A DNA stretch of 64,000 nucleotides from Minisyncoccota bacterium (lineage in GTDB: Bacteria > Patescibacteriota > Minisyncoccia > JAHIHE01 > JAGLIN01): positions 197,310 through 261,309 of the forward strand of contig JBAZUT010000001.1 of assembly GCA_041661265.1 (NCBI GenBank), in the 5' to 3' direction. Made by a program: the position numbers and the translations under genes. Below are positions 17,737-28,103 of this stretch, in pieces. Positions within the stretch are counted from its first letter, which is position 1, and every line of letters starts with the position of its first letter. The notes beneath the pieces were generated by a model. It was not told the DNA's origin. It was given only the letters and a program-made list of their open reading frames with translations, and did not search any database.

Positions 17737-17993
17737 TTCTTTTTGCCATATAAGATCCTTTGAATGAACAAAACGAACCATAGGGTTCCATTTAAGATCG
17801 AAATTGCGGCGGAAGAATATAATCCGAGACTCCAGAAAGCAATGGACATGGCGAACAGGCCGACAAAGGTCGGGATCGAGGCTTGGAACTTTATGGGTCC
17901 AGTTTTTTCCTTAAAGCCATAATAAGCCTGAAAGATCAGTGAAACGGAAAAAAGCACGTTTGCAACTGATATAACACCGTCTTGCCAGATCAT
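17733..17993 (-). CDS. small 3-TM membrane protein, possibly PQ-loop/SemiSWEET-like
   Basis: 86 aa with three helices. TM1 ends LIFQAYYG, resembling the PQ-loop motif. The family call is tentative. Confidence 0.4.
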   Translation of the reverse strand: MIWQDGVISVANVLFSVSLIFQAYYGFKEKTGPIKFQASIPTFVGLFAMSIAFWSLGLYSSAAISILNGTLWFVLFIQRILYGKKK

Positions 17994-18184
17994 ATTTTTT
18001 TGGTTATTGGTAAATAAAAAATCTCTGCTGCTGCTCCATATATATTATATCGCAATAACGTATCGGTTTCAAACAAAACCATCACAAACATCATAAAATA
18101 TGGATCATGAAGACTAAACCTGTGACTTAGATCATTGACATCGTTTCCTTTTCCTGCTTTATTTATTATATTTCCAATATAAAA

Positions 18185-18448
18185 TTGGAAAAAGGAGGAA
18201 TCAACATACAAACCAAAGAAGAAAGACTTCTCAACACGATTAGTGAAATGTTTTATGCCGCACCGGCGCTTCTGCACCCGCTTGTGAGAAAATGCCATGA
18301 CGAAAACTTCGAAATACCCGCGGATATAAAAAATATTCTGGAAAAAAAAGGATTCATTATCGATGGAACAGTGCCCGAAAATATCAAGCAATTCATCGTC
18401 AAAAACATAAAAATAACCGGAAAAAACAGAATTTCCATGACAATGTAA
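18185..18448 (+). CDS. hypothetical protein (about 87 aa)
   Basis: Protein-like ORF (TTG start in the track). The overlapping minus-strand 189-aa ORF is Phe-rich antisense noise. Terminator at 18453-18484. Confidence 0.4.
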   Translation: MEKGGINIQTKEERLLNTISEMFYAAPALLHPLVRKCHDENFEIPADIKNILEKKGFIIDGTVPENIKQFIVKNIKITGKNRISMTM

Positions 18449-18452
18449 GAGA

Positions 18453-18484
18453 CCTTTGATATTATCTTTCAAAGGGCTTTTTTT
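18453..18484 (+). terminator. intrinsic terminator
   Basis: CCTTTGA-loop-TCAAAGG followed by T7. Confidence 0.55.
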
Positions 18485-18542
18485 GAAGAACACAAAAAAT
18501 ACCGCTCTCGTCATAGTGTGTCTTGTATGATAAGCTATTGAT

Positions 18543-19406
18543 ATGAAAAAGAAATGCAAAATCCGGCTGGCTTTGATCCTATTCGCAATTGCGGCGTTTT
18601 TATCCGCGTTCTTTGTGCTGTCCTATGATCCTCCGGAAAAAATAACCATAAATTACGACAATGGGGACAGAGGCAAAATAATTAAAAACAGTCCGCAGGG
18701 CGACAAGCCCTCCGGAGATAGCATTAAAAAAGAAAATACCGAGACGATCGATCGGCAAGCTACTGTTGAAAAATGGAAGGGAGAGGACATTTCCCGGATC
18801 AAGACGGATAAAAAATTCATCGCGCTGACATTTGACGGCGGAGCGAACGCGGATGGAGCTGGAAAGATATTATCTATTTTGAAAGATAACGGCATAAAAG
18901 GAACATTCTTCCTCACGGGAAAATTCATCGAAAAATATCCCGGTGAAACCGCAATGATATTCGCAAGCGGCGGCAATGTCGGAAATCATAGCTATTCCCA
19001 TCCGTATTTTACGAAATTAACAGGCGAGGAGATCAACACCGAGCTTGAAAAAACCGAAAATGCCCTTTTGAAATTGAATTTGGAATTCCATCCTTTTTTC
19101 CGCTTTCCATACGGCGACAGGAATAGGGAGACAATTTACGCCATAAATGGCAAAAATTACATCAGCATAAGATGGACAGTCGATTCCCTGGGATGGGAAG
19201 GAACCTCCGGCGGAATGACAAAGGAATCGGTCGAAAGCAGGGTCCTTTCAAAAGCCGCTGCCGGCGCAATCGTCCTGATGCACCTTGGGACCAATCCCGA
19301 CGACAAAACCCAACTTGATTCCGAGGCCCTGCCCGGAATAATCAGCGCATTAAAAACGCAAGGTTATGAATTTATGACAATGACGGAAATGCTTAATTAT
19401 AAATAA
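18543..19406 (+). CDS. polysaccharide deacetylase (CE4 / NodB homology domain)
   Basis: TFDGG (motif 1), GNHSYSHP (motif 2), LMH. N-terminal signal anchor. 287 aa. Confidence 0.75.
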   Translation: MKKKCKIRLALILFAIAAFLSAFFVLSYDPPEKITINYDNGDRGKIIKNSPQGDKPSGDSIKKENTETIDRQATVEKWKGEDISRIKTDKKFIALTFDGGANADGAGKILSILKDNGIKGTFFLTGKFIEKYPGETAMIFASGGNVGNHSYSHPYFTKLTGEEINTELEKTENALLKLNLEFHPFFRFPYGDRNRETIYAINGKNYISIRWTVDSLGWEGTSGGMTKESVESRVLSKAAAGAIVLMHLGTNPDDKTQLDSEALPGIISALKTQGYEFMTMTEMLNYK

Positions 19407-19976
19407 ATGGGTGCTTTACCGACATCATTTTACGATCGCCCTACTGAAATTGTTGCCAAAGAACTTCTTGGCAGTTTTTTATGCAGAGAAATAGGCGGCA
19501 AGGTTGTTAAGGGCAAGATCGTAGAAACGGAAGCGTATCTGGGAGTAAAAGATCTCGCCTGCCACACCTCAAAGGGAAAAACTCCGAGAAATGAGGTTAT
19601 GTTCGGACCTCCTGGACGCGCCTATGTTTATTTCATATACGGCATGTATCACTGTTTCAATATTGTCTCAGAAAAAGAAGGAAATCCGTGTGCGGTTTTA
19701 ATAAGAGCGCTAGAACCGACAGTCTTCTGCTCCGACAACACAAAATATAAACAACTGAATGGTCCTGCAAAACTTTGCAGAGAATTTAAAATAGATAAAG
19801 AGTTGAACGGCTGGGACCTGACATCCGGAAAAAAGCTTTGGATCGAAGATGGCGAAAAAATAGGACCAGATCGGATAAAAAAATCCAAGCGTATCGGCGT
19901 GGATTATGCGGGAGCCTGGAAAGATAAATTGCTGAGATTCTATATCAAAAATAATGAGTATGTTTCAAAAAAATAA
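19407..19976 (+). CDS. mpg: DNA-3-methyladenine glycosylase (Mpg/AAG family)
   Basis: FYDRPT..VAKELLG, ETEAYLG..D.A.H, RN..MFGPPG.AYVYFIYGMYHCFN. ATG immediately follows the stop of the upstream gene. Confidence 0.75.
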   Translation: MGALPTSFYDRPTEIVAKELLGSFLCREIGGKVVKGKIVETEAYLGVKDLACHTSKGKTPRNEVMFGPPGRAYVYFIYGMYHCFNIVSEKEGNPCAVLIRALEPTVFCSDNTKYKQLNGPAKLCREFKIDKELNGWDLTSGKKLWIEDGEKIGPDRIKKSKRIGVDYAGAWKDKLLRFYIKNNEYVSKK

Positions 19977-19999
19977 AGGCTTGGAGATCAAGCCTCTTT

Positions 20000-20218
20000 T
20001 TAATTTATGTAGCCAAGGTCTTTCCATGCAAAATAGGTATCGCACATGAACCATAGAGCGAAAACTCCCATAAAAACTATTCCCATTACCGCTTCTTGGA
20101 CTGATATATAGCCGATATTCAGCGCAAACTGCGCTCCCAAAACAAAAAGGCCATTTATCAGAACTACCATAATCAACAACGTCCTCATAATACTCTCACC
20201 TCTATAAAATTTTACCAC
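20000..20218 (-). CDS. small membrane protein (about 60-72 aa)
   Basis: Two hydrophobic helices. Start uncertain. Confidence 0.35.
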   Translation of the reverse strand: MVKFYRGESIMRTLLIMVVLINGLFVLGAQFALNIGYISVQEAVMGIVFMGVFALWFMCDTYFAWKDLGYIN

Positions 20219-20343
20219 TTAAACAACGAAAGTCAATGGACCCTGCTCTGCTAAGCTGCGAAGTACCGGCCCGTATGGTTCCGATAATGAAATAAAAAAG
20301 CGCGCTTATTGCCCGCTCTGTGTTCTGCAAAACCGATATGGTT

Positions 20344-20736
20344 TTATTCCATAAATACCTTTATAACATTCTTGATGTCCTCCTTCGTTTTTCCCCTTAT
20401 TTCTTTCGATACCTCGATCCTGGCCATAACACCCTTAAGGTATGCCTTAACCTCATTTTCATACCTTATCTCGGAAAGCGTATTCAGGATGTTCCTCAAG
20501 ATCTGAACATTCAGCATGCTTTCTTTCGTTTCATATATTTCCCTCTCAAGAATTTCTTCATGAAGCTCGATCAGGGTTTCAAGGCGCATGCATCTTTGTT
20601 CCCGATATCCCTTCAGCAGGATGCCGGTTATATTTCCTCCGCTTTTCACATTTTTGTTTATTTTCAGGTTCTGATACAGCAGATCCAGAACTTTATCTTT
20701 CAGTTCCGGAGGCGCATATTTGATCACTTCGATCAT
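20344..20736 (-). CDS. hypothetical protein (131 aa)
   Basis: RBS GGAGG then ATG (MIEVIKY). No motif recognised. Confidence 0.5.
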   Translation of the reverse strand: MIEVIKYAPPELKDKVLDLLYQNLKINKNVKSGGNITGILLKGYREQRCMRLETLIELHEEILEREIYETKESMLNVQILRNILNTLSEIRYENEVKAYLKGVMARIEVSKEIRGKTKEDIKNVIKVFME

Positions 20737-20919
20737 AATTTTCCTCCAAAAAGACAATAACAGTGAAATTGTATCCTGTCAACAATCCCAAAATATGCAA
20801 GGTCTTTCTCTCGATGACTTCATCGCTTCAATTCCGACGGATGTTCCCAGATTATAATCCCCCGGTAATCCTTGCCTTATGCTTTATTTGTGTTACAATG
20901 GCGAAAAAGGAGGGACTTA

Positions 20920-21123
20920 ATGCCGAGAGAAGAAAGTTTTGAAGACTGGTGGAACAGGACATATTTGGAAAATATCGAAGAAAAGATCAAGAACGGAACT
21001 CCGCTATCTGAATTGGAATGGAGCATCCATTCAACAAACCAAGATTGCAGAGGATCAGCAATCGTTTTTATAATATCATTTATAATAACCCCGCTTCTCC
21101 TCTATATCATCGTAATGACCTAA
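20920..21123 (+). CDS. small tail-anchored membrane protein (67 aa)
   Basis: RBS AAGGAGGG then ATG (MPREESFEDWW). C-terminal TM AIVFIISFIITPLLLYIIVMT. Confidence 0.4.
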   Translation: MPREESFEDWWNRTYLENIEEKIKNGTPLSELEWSIHSTNQDCRGSAIVFIISFIITPLLLYIIVMT

Positions 21124-21280
21124 TCAAGCACGGAAATAGCACCGTGCTTTTTCTATTTTTTAAAGACAGACCACATTAAAAAAACAAGTCATACGAATAA
21201 TATTACTCACGGTTTCCAATGAAGAAAGGATATCATTTTTCCATTCGCCTTGTGATATGACATAAACGCCAGTGAATCGC

Positions 21281-21856
21281 CTACTTTCGTCCAAGCTCTT
21301 TCAATGCCATCTTAATTCTTTCGCCGACATCCTTTATCTCGGGAGAAATTTCCGACAGCGCTTTCTTCGCCTGGAATGAGCTGTATCCCAGACTCACCAA
21401 AGCCTCAAAGGCATCAGAATGGTCGCTGATCTCCTTGCCTTTCTCCTCCGATCTGTCGACATCGGAAATTGAGAATTTGTTCTTGAGCTCCAAAATGATA
21501 CGCTCCGCCGTTTTTTTCCCGATCCCGGAAACGCGAGTCAGGATGCTTGAATCCTCTTTCGCGATCGCGATCTTGATCGTTCTCGAATCCGCAAGAGACA
21601 GTACACCGAGAGCCGTTTTCGGTCCGATCCCCGAAACAGAGATCAGATGCTCAAAAAGCTCCAGATCCCCATAATCCGGAAACCCGTAAAGAGTGAGCGC
21701 ATCTTCCCGGACGTTCAGATATGTGAAAAACTCCACCGTGTCTCCAATCTTGCTTGAATCGGACAAAGCGAACACCTTATATCCTATGTTTCCCGTAGAC
21801 ACAATGACAAACTTTTCTTTTTTCAGAATAACTTGCCCTTTTACGTATGAGATCAT
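21281..21856 (-). CDS. ruvA: Holliday junction DNA helicase RuvA
   Basis: OB-fold N-terminus, two HhH motifs (GIGPKTALGVL, VSGIGKKTAERIILELK) and a C-terminal domain. 191 aa. Confidence 0.85.
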   Translation of the reverse strand: MISYVKGQVILKKEKFVIVSTGNIGYKVFALSDSSKIGDTVEFFTYLNVREDALTLYGFPDYGDLELFEHLISVSGIGPKTALGVLSLADSRTIKIAIAKEDSSILTRVSGIGKKTAERIILELKNKFSISDVDRSEEKGKEISDHSDAFEALVSLGYSSFQAKKALSEISPEIKDVGERIKMALKELGRK

Positions 21857-21964
21857 GTGCGTGAGTTAGGAATTACAGATTAAAAATCGGAAAATTGGAA
21901 CTGCACAAACGATCACCGTTTCATGTTCCATGTTTCACGTTTCATGTTTATATGATAATGCCAT

Positions 21965-21993
21965 TTGACAATTCCAGCAAATTGTAATAGTAT
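21965..21993 (+). promoter_or_regulatory. sigma70-like promoter for rpsT (TTGACA-N17-TAGTAT), preceded by phased GTTTCAYG repeats
   Basis: TTGACA at 21965-21970. Three roughly 11-bp periodic repeats at 21917-21950. Confidence 0.4.
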
Positions 21994-22060
21994 GCAATTA
22001 ACGTAAACGCTGGAATTTACACGAAATTAACCTAAATAATAATCTTAAAACTACAGAATT

Positions 22061-22360
22061 ATGCCAATGACACAATCTGCAAGGAAAGCCCTGAAGCAAA
22101 ACATAAAGAAAAGGGAGCGGAATCTCGCAAAAAGCAATCATATAAAAAAGCTCATGAAGGATCTCAACACATTTTTAAATAGTCTTGAAAAATCCTCGAA
22201 AAAAGTCACCGCCGAAAACAAGAAGGAAGCCTATGCGAAACTGTCGGAAGTATATCAGGCAGTCGACAAGGCCGTGAAAAAGGGAGTTTTGAAAAAGAAT
22301 ACCGCTGCAAGAAAGAAATCAAACCTCGCCCAGAAGATCAATAAGATCGAGAAAAAATAA
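22061..22360 (+). CDS. rpsT: 30S ribosomal protein S20
   Basis: SARKALKQNIKKRERN N-terminus and KKGVLKKNTAARKKSNLAQKINK C-terminus match the S20 pattern (KGLIHKNKAARHKANL..QINKL). Confidence 0.75.
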   Translation: MPMTQSARKALKQNIKKRERNLAKSNHIKKLMKDLNTFLNSLEKSSKKVTAENKKEAYAKLSEVYQAVDKAVKKGVLKKNTAARKKSNLAQKINKIEKK

Positions 22361-22471
22361 TAAGGCAGTTATAATATAGAAAACAAAAAGACGTACCCAA
22401 AAAAACAAAACGAGGAATAGACCCAAACAAACCGCCCAAAAGGCGGTTTGTTTTATATCCAAAAATATTTT

Positions 22472-23560
22472 TTATGCGATCGATACGACCAGAAGATCAA
22501 GGGCCAATCCGGACTCCATCTTCCCCGTCTTTATGGCGACATCGGCGTCATAGAGCTTCCGATAGATCTTCTTCAGGTCCGGCAGCTTGAAATTACGGCA
22601 CTGCTCGATGGTTTTTTTCACGACAAAGGGATGCATTTTGGCTCTCTGGGCCACCTGAGAATCAGAAAGACCTTCTTCCAAAAGATCTTTTATGATAAGC
22701 AGATTCCGGAATTGCCTGATCAGCATTGTCAAAATGTATATCTCATTCACTCCCTTCTCGATCTGCATATTAAGCATGAGTATCGCTTTTTGCCTGTCTC
22801 TCCGGCTTATGCTGTCTGTCAGGCTGAAAATATTCATATCCACCTTGGACCTCACAAGAAGTTCGACATCCTCTTTCGTGATATCCCTTTCTTCGGCAAA
22901 GCAAACGAGCTTCCCGATCTCGTTGTCCGCCTCCCAGAGATTATAGGACTGCGTGACCTTCTTGTTCCTGTCGCGCTGGGAAAAGCCTTTTCCGAGCGAT
23001 ACGGAAAGAATGTCCAGAGCGTCTTTCTTGATATTTCCTCCGCTTTTTTCTATCCTTTGCCAGATCCACGCGTCAAAACTGCGATCAACGGGAAGCAGGA
23101 ATTCCTTCAATTCCGCCATCCCCTCTTTTTCAAGACGCACAAGCTCTTTGTAGGTTTTTTTTCTCTGGTCCACGCTCTCCTCGATGATGAACAGTTCGAT
23201 GCCGTCTTTGGGTTTTGCAAAATATTTCAGTATCATATCGTCTTTTGCACTGCCTTTATCTTCATCCGTTTCATCCTCAGAATATCCTTTTTCTTTCTTC
23301 TTCTTTGAAACTGAAAGGACATTTTTCAGGATCAGCAGTTTATCGGAACTGAAAAGCGAATCGGATGAAAGGCCGACCTGGAGCCGGGACATCTTTTCCC
23401 GCTCATCGGCAGAGTCATATTTCCAATCGATCTGGTAAATATTCATAGCGCCATGTTTTTTTGCAAAATCGGCTTTCCTTTTTGCGAGTTCTTCGGAAAT
23501 ACTAAAATCGTCCTCCCCGAACCAGAAATGAATTGTTTTTTTATCTTCGTCCTTTGGCAT
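22472..23560 (-). CDS. holA: DNA polymerase III delta subunit
   Basis: N-terminus IHFWFGEDDFSISEE. Clamp-loader delta C-terminal region HPFVVKKTIEQCRNF...L..Y..L...D...KTG. Confidence 0.7.
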   Translation of the reverse strand: MPKDEDKKTIHFWFGEDDFSISEELAKRKADFAKKHGAMNIYQIDWKYDSADEREKMSRLQVGLSSDSLFSSDKLLILKNVLSVSKKKKEKGYSEDETDEDKGSAKDDMILKYFAKPKDGIELFIIEESVDQRKKTYKELVRLEKEGMAELKEFLLPVDRSFDAWIWQRIEKSGGNIKKDALDILSVSLGKGFSQRDRNKKVTQSYNLWEADNEIGKLVCFAEERDITKEDVELLVRSKVDMNIFSLTDSISRRDRQKAILMLNMQIEKGVNEIYILTMLIRQFRNLLIIKDLLEEGLSDSQVAQRAKMHPFVVKKTIEQCRNFKLPDLKKIYRKLYDADVAIKTGKMESGLALDLLVVSIA

Positions 23561-23845
23561 AATAATATATCTTTATAGGATTTCTATATCTTCCATCCAT
23601 TCCATAAAAAATCAAAATGTAAATATCAAAAATAAAAATGACAGATCAAAATGATAAAAAGCTTGCATTTAATAACCAATAATCAAGAAACAAACACCAA
23701 ACAAACTTCAATTACCAAATGAACATAATGCGGAGGGTTTGATTATTACAAATTGGTTATTGTCTGATTATTGTATCTTGATGTTTGGTGATTTTAAATT
23801 TTACATTATCATTTTCCATTTTGATATTTGATCTTTTCATTTTCG

Positions 23846-24919
23846 TCACTCGACGCTCCACGCCACTTTCTGATTCGGCTGGACGACCTGGATCCAGATC
23901 TTGCCCCTCACAAACTTAACTTCTTCTCCGGATTCGTTATAGAAAAATATCTTGCTTTTTTGGTCTCCGCTGTCTTTCTTCCACGTGCCCTTTATTTCCC
24001 ATCCGTTCTGATAGATGATTGCATCCCCCTTTCCTTCTATGTCCATGTCATTATATTGCCCATCAACCTGCCTGGACGCTGCGAACATGATCACAACATC
24101 CTTCGCTTCGATCTGCTGCCCGGTCAATTTGTCCACATCTTTTTTATCCCCCTTGAACCTGAAATATGAATTTGTCTTGGAATCATAATCATAATCAACC
24201 TTGAAAATGGAAGGGTATCCTATGGTCAACTTTCCGTTTTTCCCCTGCGGATTCTCTTCATCATAGAATTTATAGCTTTCAAAAATGCTTTCCTGCCGAT
24301 AGCCCATTCTTTTCGCATAATCCGCCATCCTTTCAATGGTCGTAAATCCGTCATGGGGCTTTGGAGGCCCCGCTTTCCTATAGAAAACGCTTCCATCGAG
24401 ATAAAGGGCGTTGATATTGTCCATGATCTTATTGTCCAGTTTTTCCAAAGCCAGATAGGATCCTCCCCAATGCGCATATATGGCATCGAATCCCATGGCA
24501 AGCGGTATGAAATCATGCCGGGAACTTCTTATGCTTCCGATCTCTTTGGGATCATTGCAGACAAAAACAGCCATGTATCTTGTTATGCTGTCGGTGATCA
24601 CCGGCATTTCAACAACAATGTCAGCATCGGCGATCCCCGAGAGAGGCCACGCCTCAAGATCCCCCGCCATCATGACCGCAAAGGGGCGCCTCTTCGCGTT
24701 GTCGCACTCGGTTCCCGTGTAGGGATTGGCATCCTTTTTCGGTTCCTCGGCCTCGTCTTCCTCCGGATTCGGATTTTGCGCCGGCGTATCCGTGCCGTCA
24801 TTCTCTATGCTGATCGATCTGTCCCCCATCCAGCTTTGCGGATTGGAGGCGAAAACACCGGTTGCAAGAAGCGCAAAGGAAGCCAAAACTATCATTATCT
24901 TTTTCTTTTTCTCCGCCAT
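23846..24919 (-). CDS. DUF3048-family secreted/lipoprotein (YerB-like)
   Basis: Signal peptide. RRPFAVMMAGD motif typical of the DUF3048 N-domain. 357 aa. Confidence 0.5.
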   Translation of the reverse strand: MAEKKKKIMIVLASFALLATGVFASNPQSWMGDRSISIENDGTDTPAQNPNPEEDEAEEPKKDANPYTGTECDNAKRRPFAVMMAGDLEAWPLSGIADADIVVEMPVITDSITRYMAVFVCNDPKEIGSIRSSRHDFIPLAMGFDAIYAHWGGSYLALEKLDNKIMDNINALYLDGSVFYRKAGPPKPHDGFTTIERMADYAKRMGYRQESIFESYKFYDEENPQGKNGKLTIGYPSIFKVDYDYDSKTNSYFRFKGDKKDVDKLTGQQIEAKDVVIMFAASRQVDGQYNDMDIEGKGDAIIYQNGWEIKGTWKKDSGDQKSKIFFYNESGEEVKFVRGKIWIQVVQPNQKVAWSVE

Positions 24920-25203
24920 TTTTTTATTTAAAACTTATTTTATATAAGTAGTTCCTATTGAAATAGTATGATGTTGGCTGTATTGCGAGGAGGTACGATC
25001 CCGATATTCATCGGGACAAGCTCCGCAATCTCTGAGATAAGCCGAAAAAATTATAGAATAAGGCATAATTTGCATAGTATCGGGATTGCCACGGCTCTGC
25101 TGAGCCTCGCAATACACTTGAAATCATCATTATTTCAACAGAAACTAATTTATTATTACTTCTATATTATATAATAGGCCATGGACAAATACAACCTGAA
25201 AAG

Positions 25204-27981
25204 CTAAACCTCCTCCATTTCTTCCCAATTATCCCCGATCTTAACATCCACCTCGATCGGCACCGGAAAATCTATTTTCTTTCCGTCAAGCTCAAGGTGG
25301 CCGTTTTCCATGATGCGCTTTATATCCGTGCTTGCCTCATCCGCATTTTCATTCTTGATCGAAAATACGAGCTCATCATGCACCTGCAGGAGCATCCAAA
25401 CCGCATCTTCATTTTTCCGGTTGTAGTCTTCGATCCATTTATCCAGCTTTATCATGGCGATCTTGATGATGTCAGCCGCGGTTCCCTGGATCGGCATGTT
25501 GATGGCCATCCTTTCCGCCGCATTCTTCACGATCGCATTCGGAGATTTAAGTTCCGGAAGATATCTCCTTCTGCCCCAAAGCGTTTCGGCATAGCCTTTT
25601 TCCCTCGCATCCGTTTTTGATCTCTCGATATATTTTGCAACCGCCGAAAATCTTTTCATATAGCTGTCAATGAATTTTTTAGCCTTGGCGCGATCGATCC
25701 CCGCCGATTGGGAAAATCCATAAACGCTCATTCCATAGATCACGCCGAAATTCAGCGCCTTTGCCGCCCTCCTCATTTCAGGAGTGACCTTGTCTATCGG
25801 AACTTCGTTGACCTCGGCCGCCGTTGCTGCATGAATATCAAGCCCCTTGTTGAAAATATCTTTCATTATCCTGTCATCCGCGATCATGGCGATGATCCTG
25901 AGCTCGATCTGCGAATAATCGCAGGAAACCAGTTTTCTTTTCGGTTCCGCAATGAAAGCCCTCCTGATCCTGCGCCCTTCTTCCGTCCTGACGGGAATAT
26001 TCTGAAGATTCGGGTCCGAGGAAGAAAGCCTGCCGGTGGATGTGACATCCTGATTGAATGTCGTGTGAAGCCTTTTCGTCCTCTTGTTCACAAGCTTCGG
26101 CAGGGCGTCGATATACGTATTCTTCAGTTTCGTGAGCTCTTTGTATTGCGATATGAAATCAATGATTATATGTTTGTCGCGCAGCTTTTCCAGCTCGGTG
26201 GAAGCGACCGAATATCCCGTCGTAGTCTTTTTGATATCTGCTGTCGGAAGCTTCATTTTTCCGAAAAGGACCTCGGAAAGCTGCTGAGAGGAATTTATGT
26301 TGAAAGTATCATCGCCGGAAAGCTTGTGGATGTTTGCGGAAAGCTTGGTTACTTTCTCTTCAACCTCATTTGAAAGATTCTTGAGTATCACCGAATCTAT
26401 CTTCACACCCCTAGCCTCCATTTTTGAAAGTATTCTTAAGAGTGGCATATCGATCTTGTGAAAAAGATCCTTCATCCCCGCCTTCTCGAGTTCGCTTTCG
26501 AGCTTTTCCATAAGTTCAAATGAAACCCCAAGATTTGCGGTCTCTTTGGATTCGCCTTTTTCCGTTTTTCCTTTTTTCTCAAAGATGATCTCGCCCGAAG
26601 GCACAGTTTCAAGATAGCTGAAAATGATCTTATCCTCGCCATAGTCCCTTTTTCCCGGATCAAGGAGATAGGCTGCGATCTTGGAATCGAAATACAGGCC
26701 ATCAATCGCAATTCCGTTTTCAAGAAGCGTTTCTATGTCCGGTTTCAGGAAAAATCCTATCTTTTTCAACCCGGCATCTTCCAGAAAAGGCTTCAAGGCG
26801 CCCAGATCGCCGGGCAGCTCTCCTTTGGAAGCCGAGAAAAGATCAAGCTTATTCTCCGATTTCTTGATTGGTATCTTATAAGCTTTGCCTTTTCCAAAAT
26901 AAAAAGATATGGATATGATATCCCCGCCCGAAGTTCCGTCTTCGCGCTCGGTTCTCATGGCAATATTTTCCTGTTTTTTGAGCTCATCGAGGAAGCGCTT
27001 GAACTCAGTATCGCTTTCAATCAAAACGCATTTTATATTTTTTGAACTTGCTGTCTTTTCCTTGGGCCTTTCAGATCTTTCCAGGGTATTCACATTCTCG
27101 ACTCTTTCGATGAGGCTGTAGAACTCAAGCTCTTTAAAAAGCTTATTGAGCTCGTTTTTGTCGTAATCGCCCCAAACCGCTTTTACAAGGTCCAATTCCA
27201 CATCAACATCCCTCTTGATCGTGGCAAGCTCCCTGCTCATCATAGCTTCCTTTTTCTGAGCGACGAGCTTTTCCCGGACTTTCGGCTTAATAAGATCCCC
27301 ACTCTTTCCTTTTTCCAGGGCTTCATAGATCCCCTCCATAGTTTTGAATTTTTTCAGAAGATCTGTCGCCCCTTTTTCGCCTATTCCCTTTACGCCGGGA
27401 ATGTTGTCGGAAGGGTCTCCGCGCAATCCCTTGAAATCAATGATCTGGTCCGGCGTAAGGCCGTATCTTTGACCAACCGCCGCGGCATCATAAATGACCG
27501 TATCTTTGATCCCCTTTCTCAAAGTGTAAACTTTCGTATTGTCATTGATCAGCTGAAGAACATCGAGATCCCCCGTAACGATCATTGTCTCGAGTTTTTC
27601 CTGTGCAGCTTTTTTGGCCAGCGTTCCGATGATGTCATCAGCTTCAAATCCTTTCTTTTCGACGATGGGAATATTCAGAACCCTCACCACATCTTTTATC
27701 TTAGGTATCTGGTCATAGAATTCCTGGTCCGGCTTCACCCTTCCCGCCTTGTATTTGTCATATATCTTGTCGCGGAAAGTTCCTCCGGCCACATCAAAAG
27801 CCGCAACCATATAATCCGGTTTCAGTTCCTTTATGACCCCCAACAGCACCGATGTGAACCCGTATACCGCATTGACCAGCTCGCCCTTTCTGGTTGTGAG
27901 GGGCGGAAGCGCATGATATGCTCTGTGCATCAGGGCGTTACCGTCAATTAAAATTAATTTTTTACTCTTCATCTTCGTCAT
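25204..27981 (-). CDS. polA: DNA polymerase I
   Basis: 5'-3' exonuclease domain (LILIDGNALMHRAYHA). Polymerase motifs DYSQIELRI, QVHDEL and Klenow-like palm. The track ORF extends to 28056; start likely MTKMKSKK at 27981 or 27972. Confidence 0.9.
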   Translation of the reverse strand: MTKMKSKKLILIDGNALMHRAYHALPPLTTRKGELVNAVYGFTSVLLGVIKELKPDYMVAAFDVAGGTFRDKIYDKYKAGRVKPDQEFYDQIPKIKDVVRVLNIPIVEKKGFEADDIIGTLAKKAAQEKLETMIVTGDLDVLQLINDNTKVYTLRKGIKDTVIYDAAAVGQRYGLTPDQIIDFKGLRGDPSDNIPGVKGIGEKGATDLLKKFKTMEGIYEALEKGKSGDLIKPKVREKLVAQKKEAMMSRELATIKRDVDVELDLVKAVWGDYDKNELNKLFKELEFYSLIERVENVNTLERSERPKEKTASSKNIKCVLIESDTEFKRFLDELKKQENIAMRTEREDGTSGGDIISISFYFGKGKAYKIPIKKSENKLDLFSASKGELPGDLGALKPFLEDAGLKKIGFFLKPDIETLLENGIAIDGLYFDSKIAAYLLDPGKRDYGEDKIIFSYLETVPSGEIIFEKKGKTEKGESKETANLGVSFELMEKLESELEKAGMKDLFHKIDMPLLRILSKMEARGVKIDSVILKNLSNEVEEKVTKLSANIHKLSGDDTFNINSSQQLSEVLFGKMKLPTADIKKTTTGYSVASTELEKLRDKHIIIDFISQYKELTKLKNTYIDALPKLVNKRTKRLHTTFNQDVTSTGRLSSSDPNLQNIPVRTEEGRRIRRAFIAEPKRKLVSCDYSQIELRIIAMIADDRIMKDIFNKGLDIHAATAAEVNEVPIDKVTPEMRRAAKALNFGVIYGMSVYGFSQSAGIDRAKAKKFIDSYMKRFSAVAKYIERSKTDAREKGYAETLWGRRRYLPELKSPNAIVKNAAERMAINMPIQGTAADIIKIAMIKLDKWIEDYNRKNEDAVWMLLQVHDELVFSIKNENADEASTDIKRIMENGHLELDGKKIDFPVPIEVDVKIGDNWEEMEEV

Positions 27982-28103
27982 TCGGGAATAATATTGATAA
28001 TGATTAATTATAGCTTTTTTTATCCATCGGAGCAAAAAAATATTGCCAATTTTCATTTTTTCCCATACTATTATGAGCAGTATTTATGAATATAGGGGGG
28101 TAT

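Noticed and set aside
17990-18559. 189-aa minus-strand ORF rich in Phe
   Set aside because: It is antisense to the A/K-rich protein-like ORF at 18185-18448. The composition (F/Y/H runs) is typical of an antisense frame. The plus-strand gene also has its own terminator.
21917-21950. CRISPR-like short repeats
   Set aside because: There are only three copies of 8-11 bp units with no spacers of regular length. They are more consistent with promoter-proximal phased sites.
22448-23308. 286-aa plus-strand ORF overlapping holA
   Set aside because: It is antisense to a gene with clamp-loader delta motifs. The sequence is low-complexity and Phe/Leu-rich.
23590-23845. AT-rich spacer with extended imperfect dyad symmetry between holA and the DUF3048 gene
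   Set aside because: Composition is very low-complexity (A/T runs, CAAAATG words). The symmetry is degenerate and is most simply promoter/terminator DNA.
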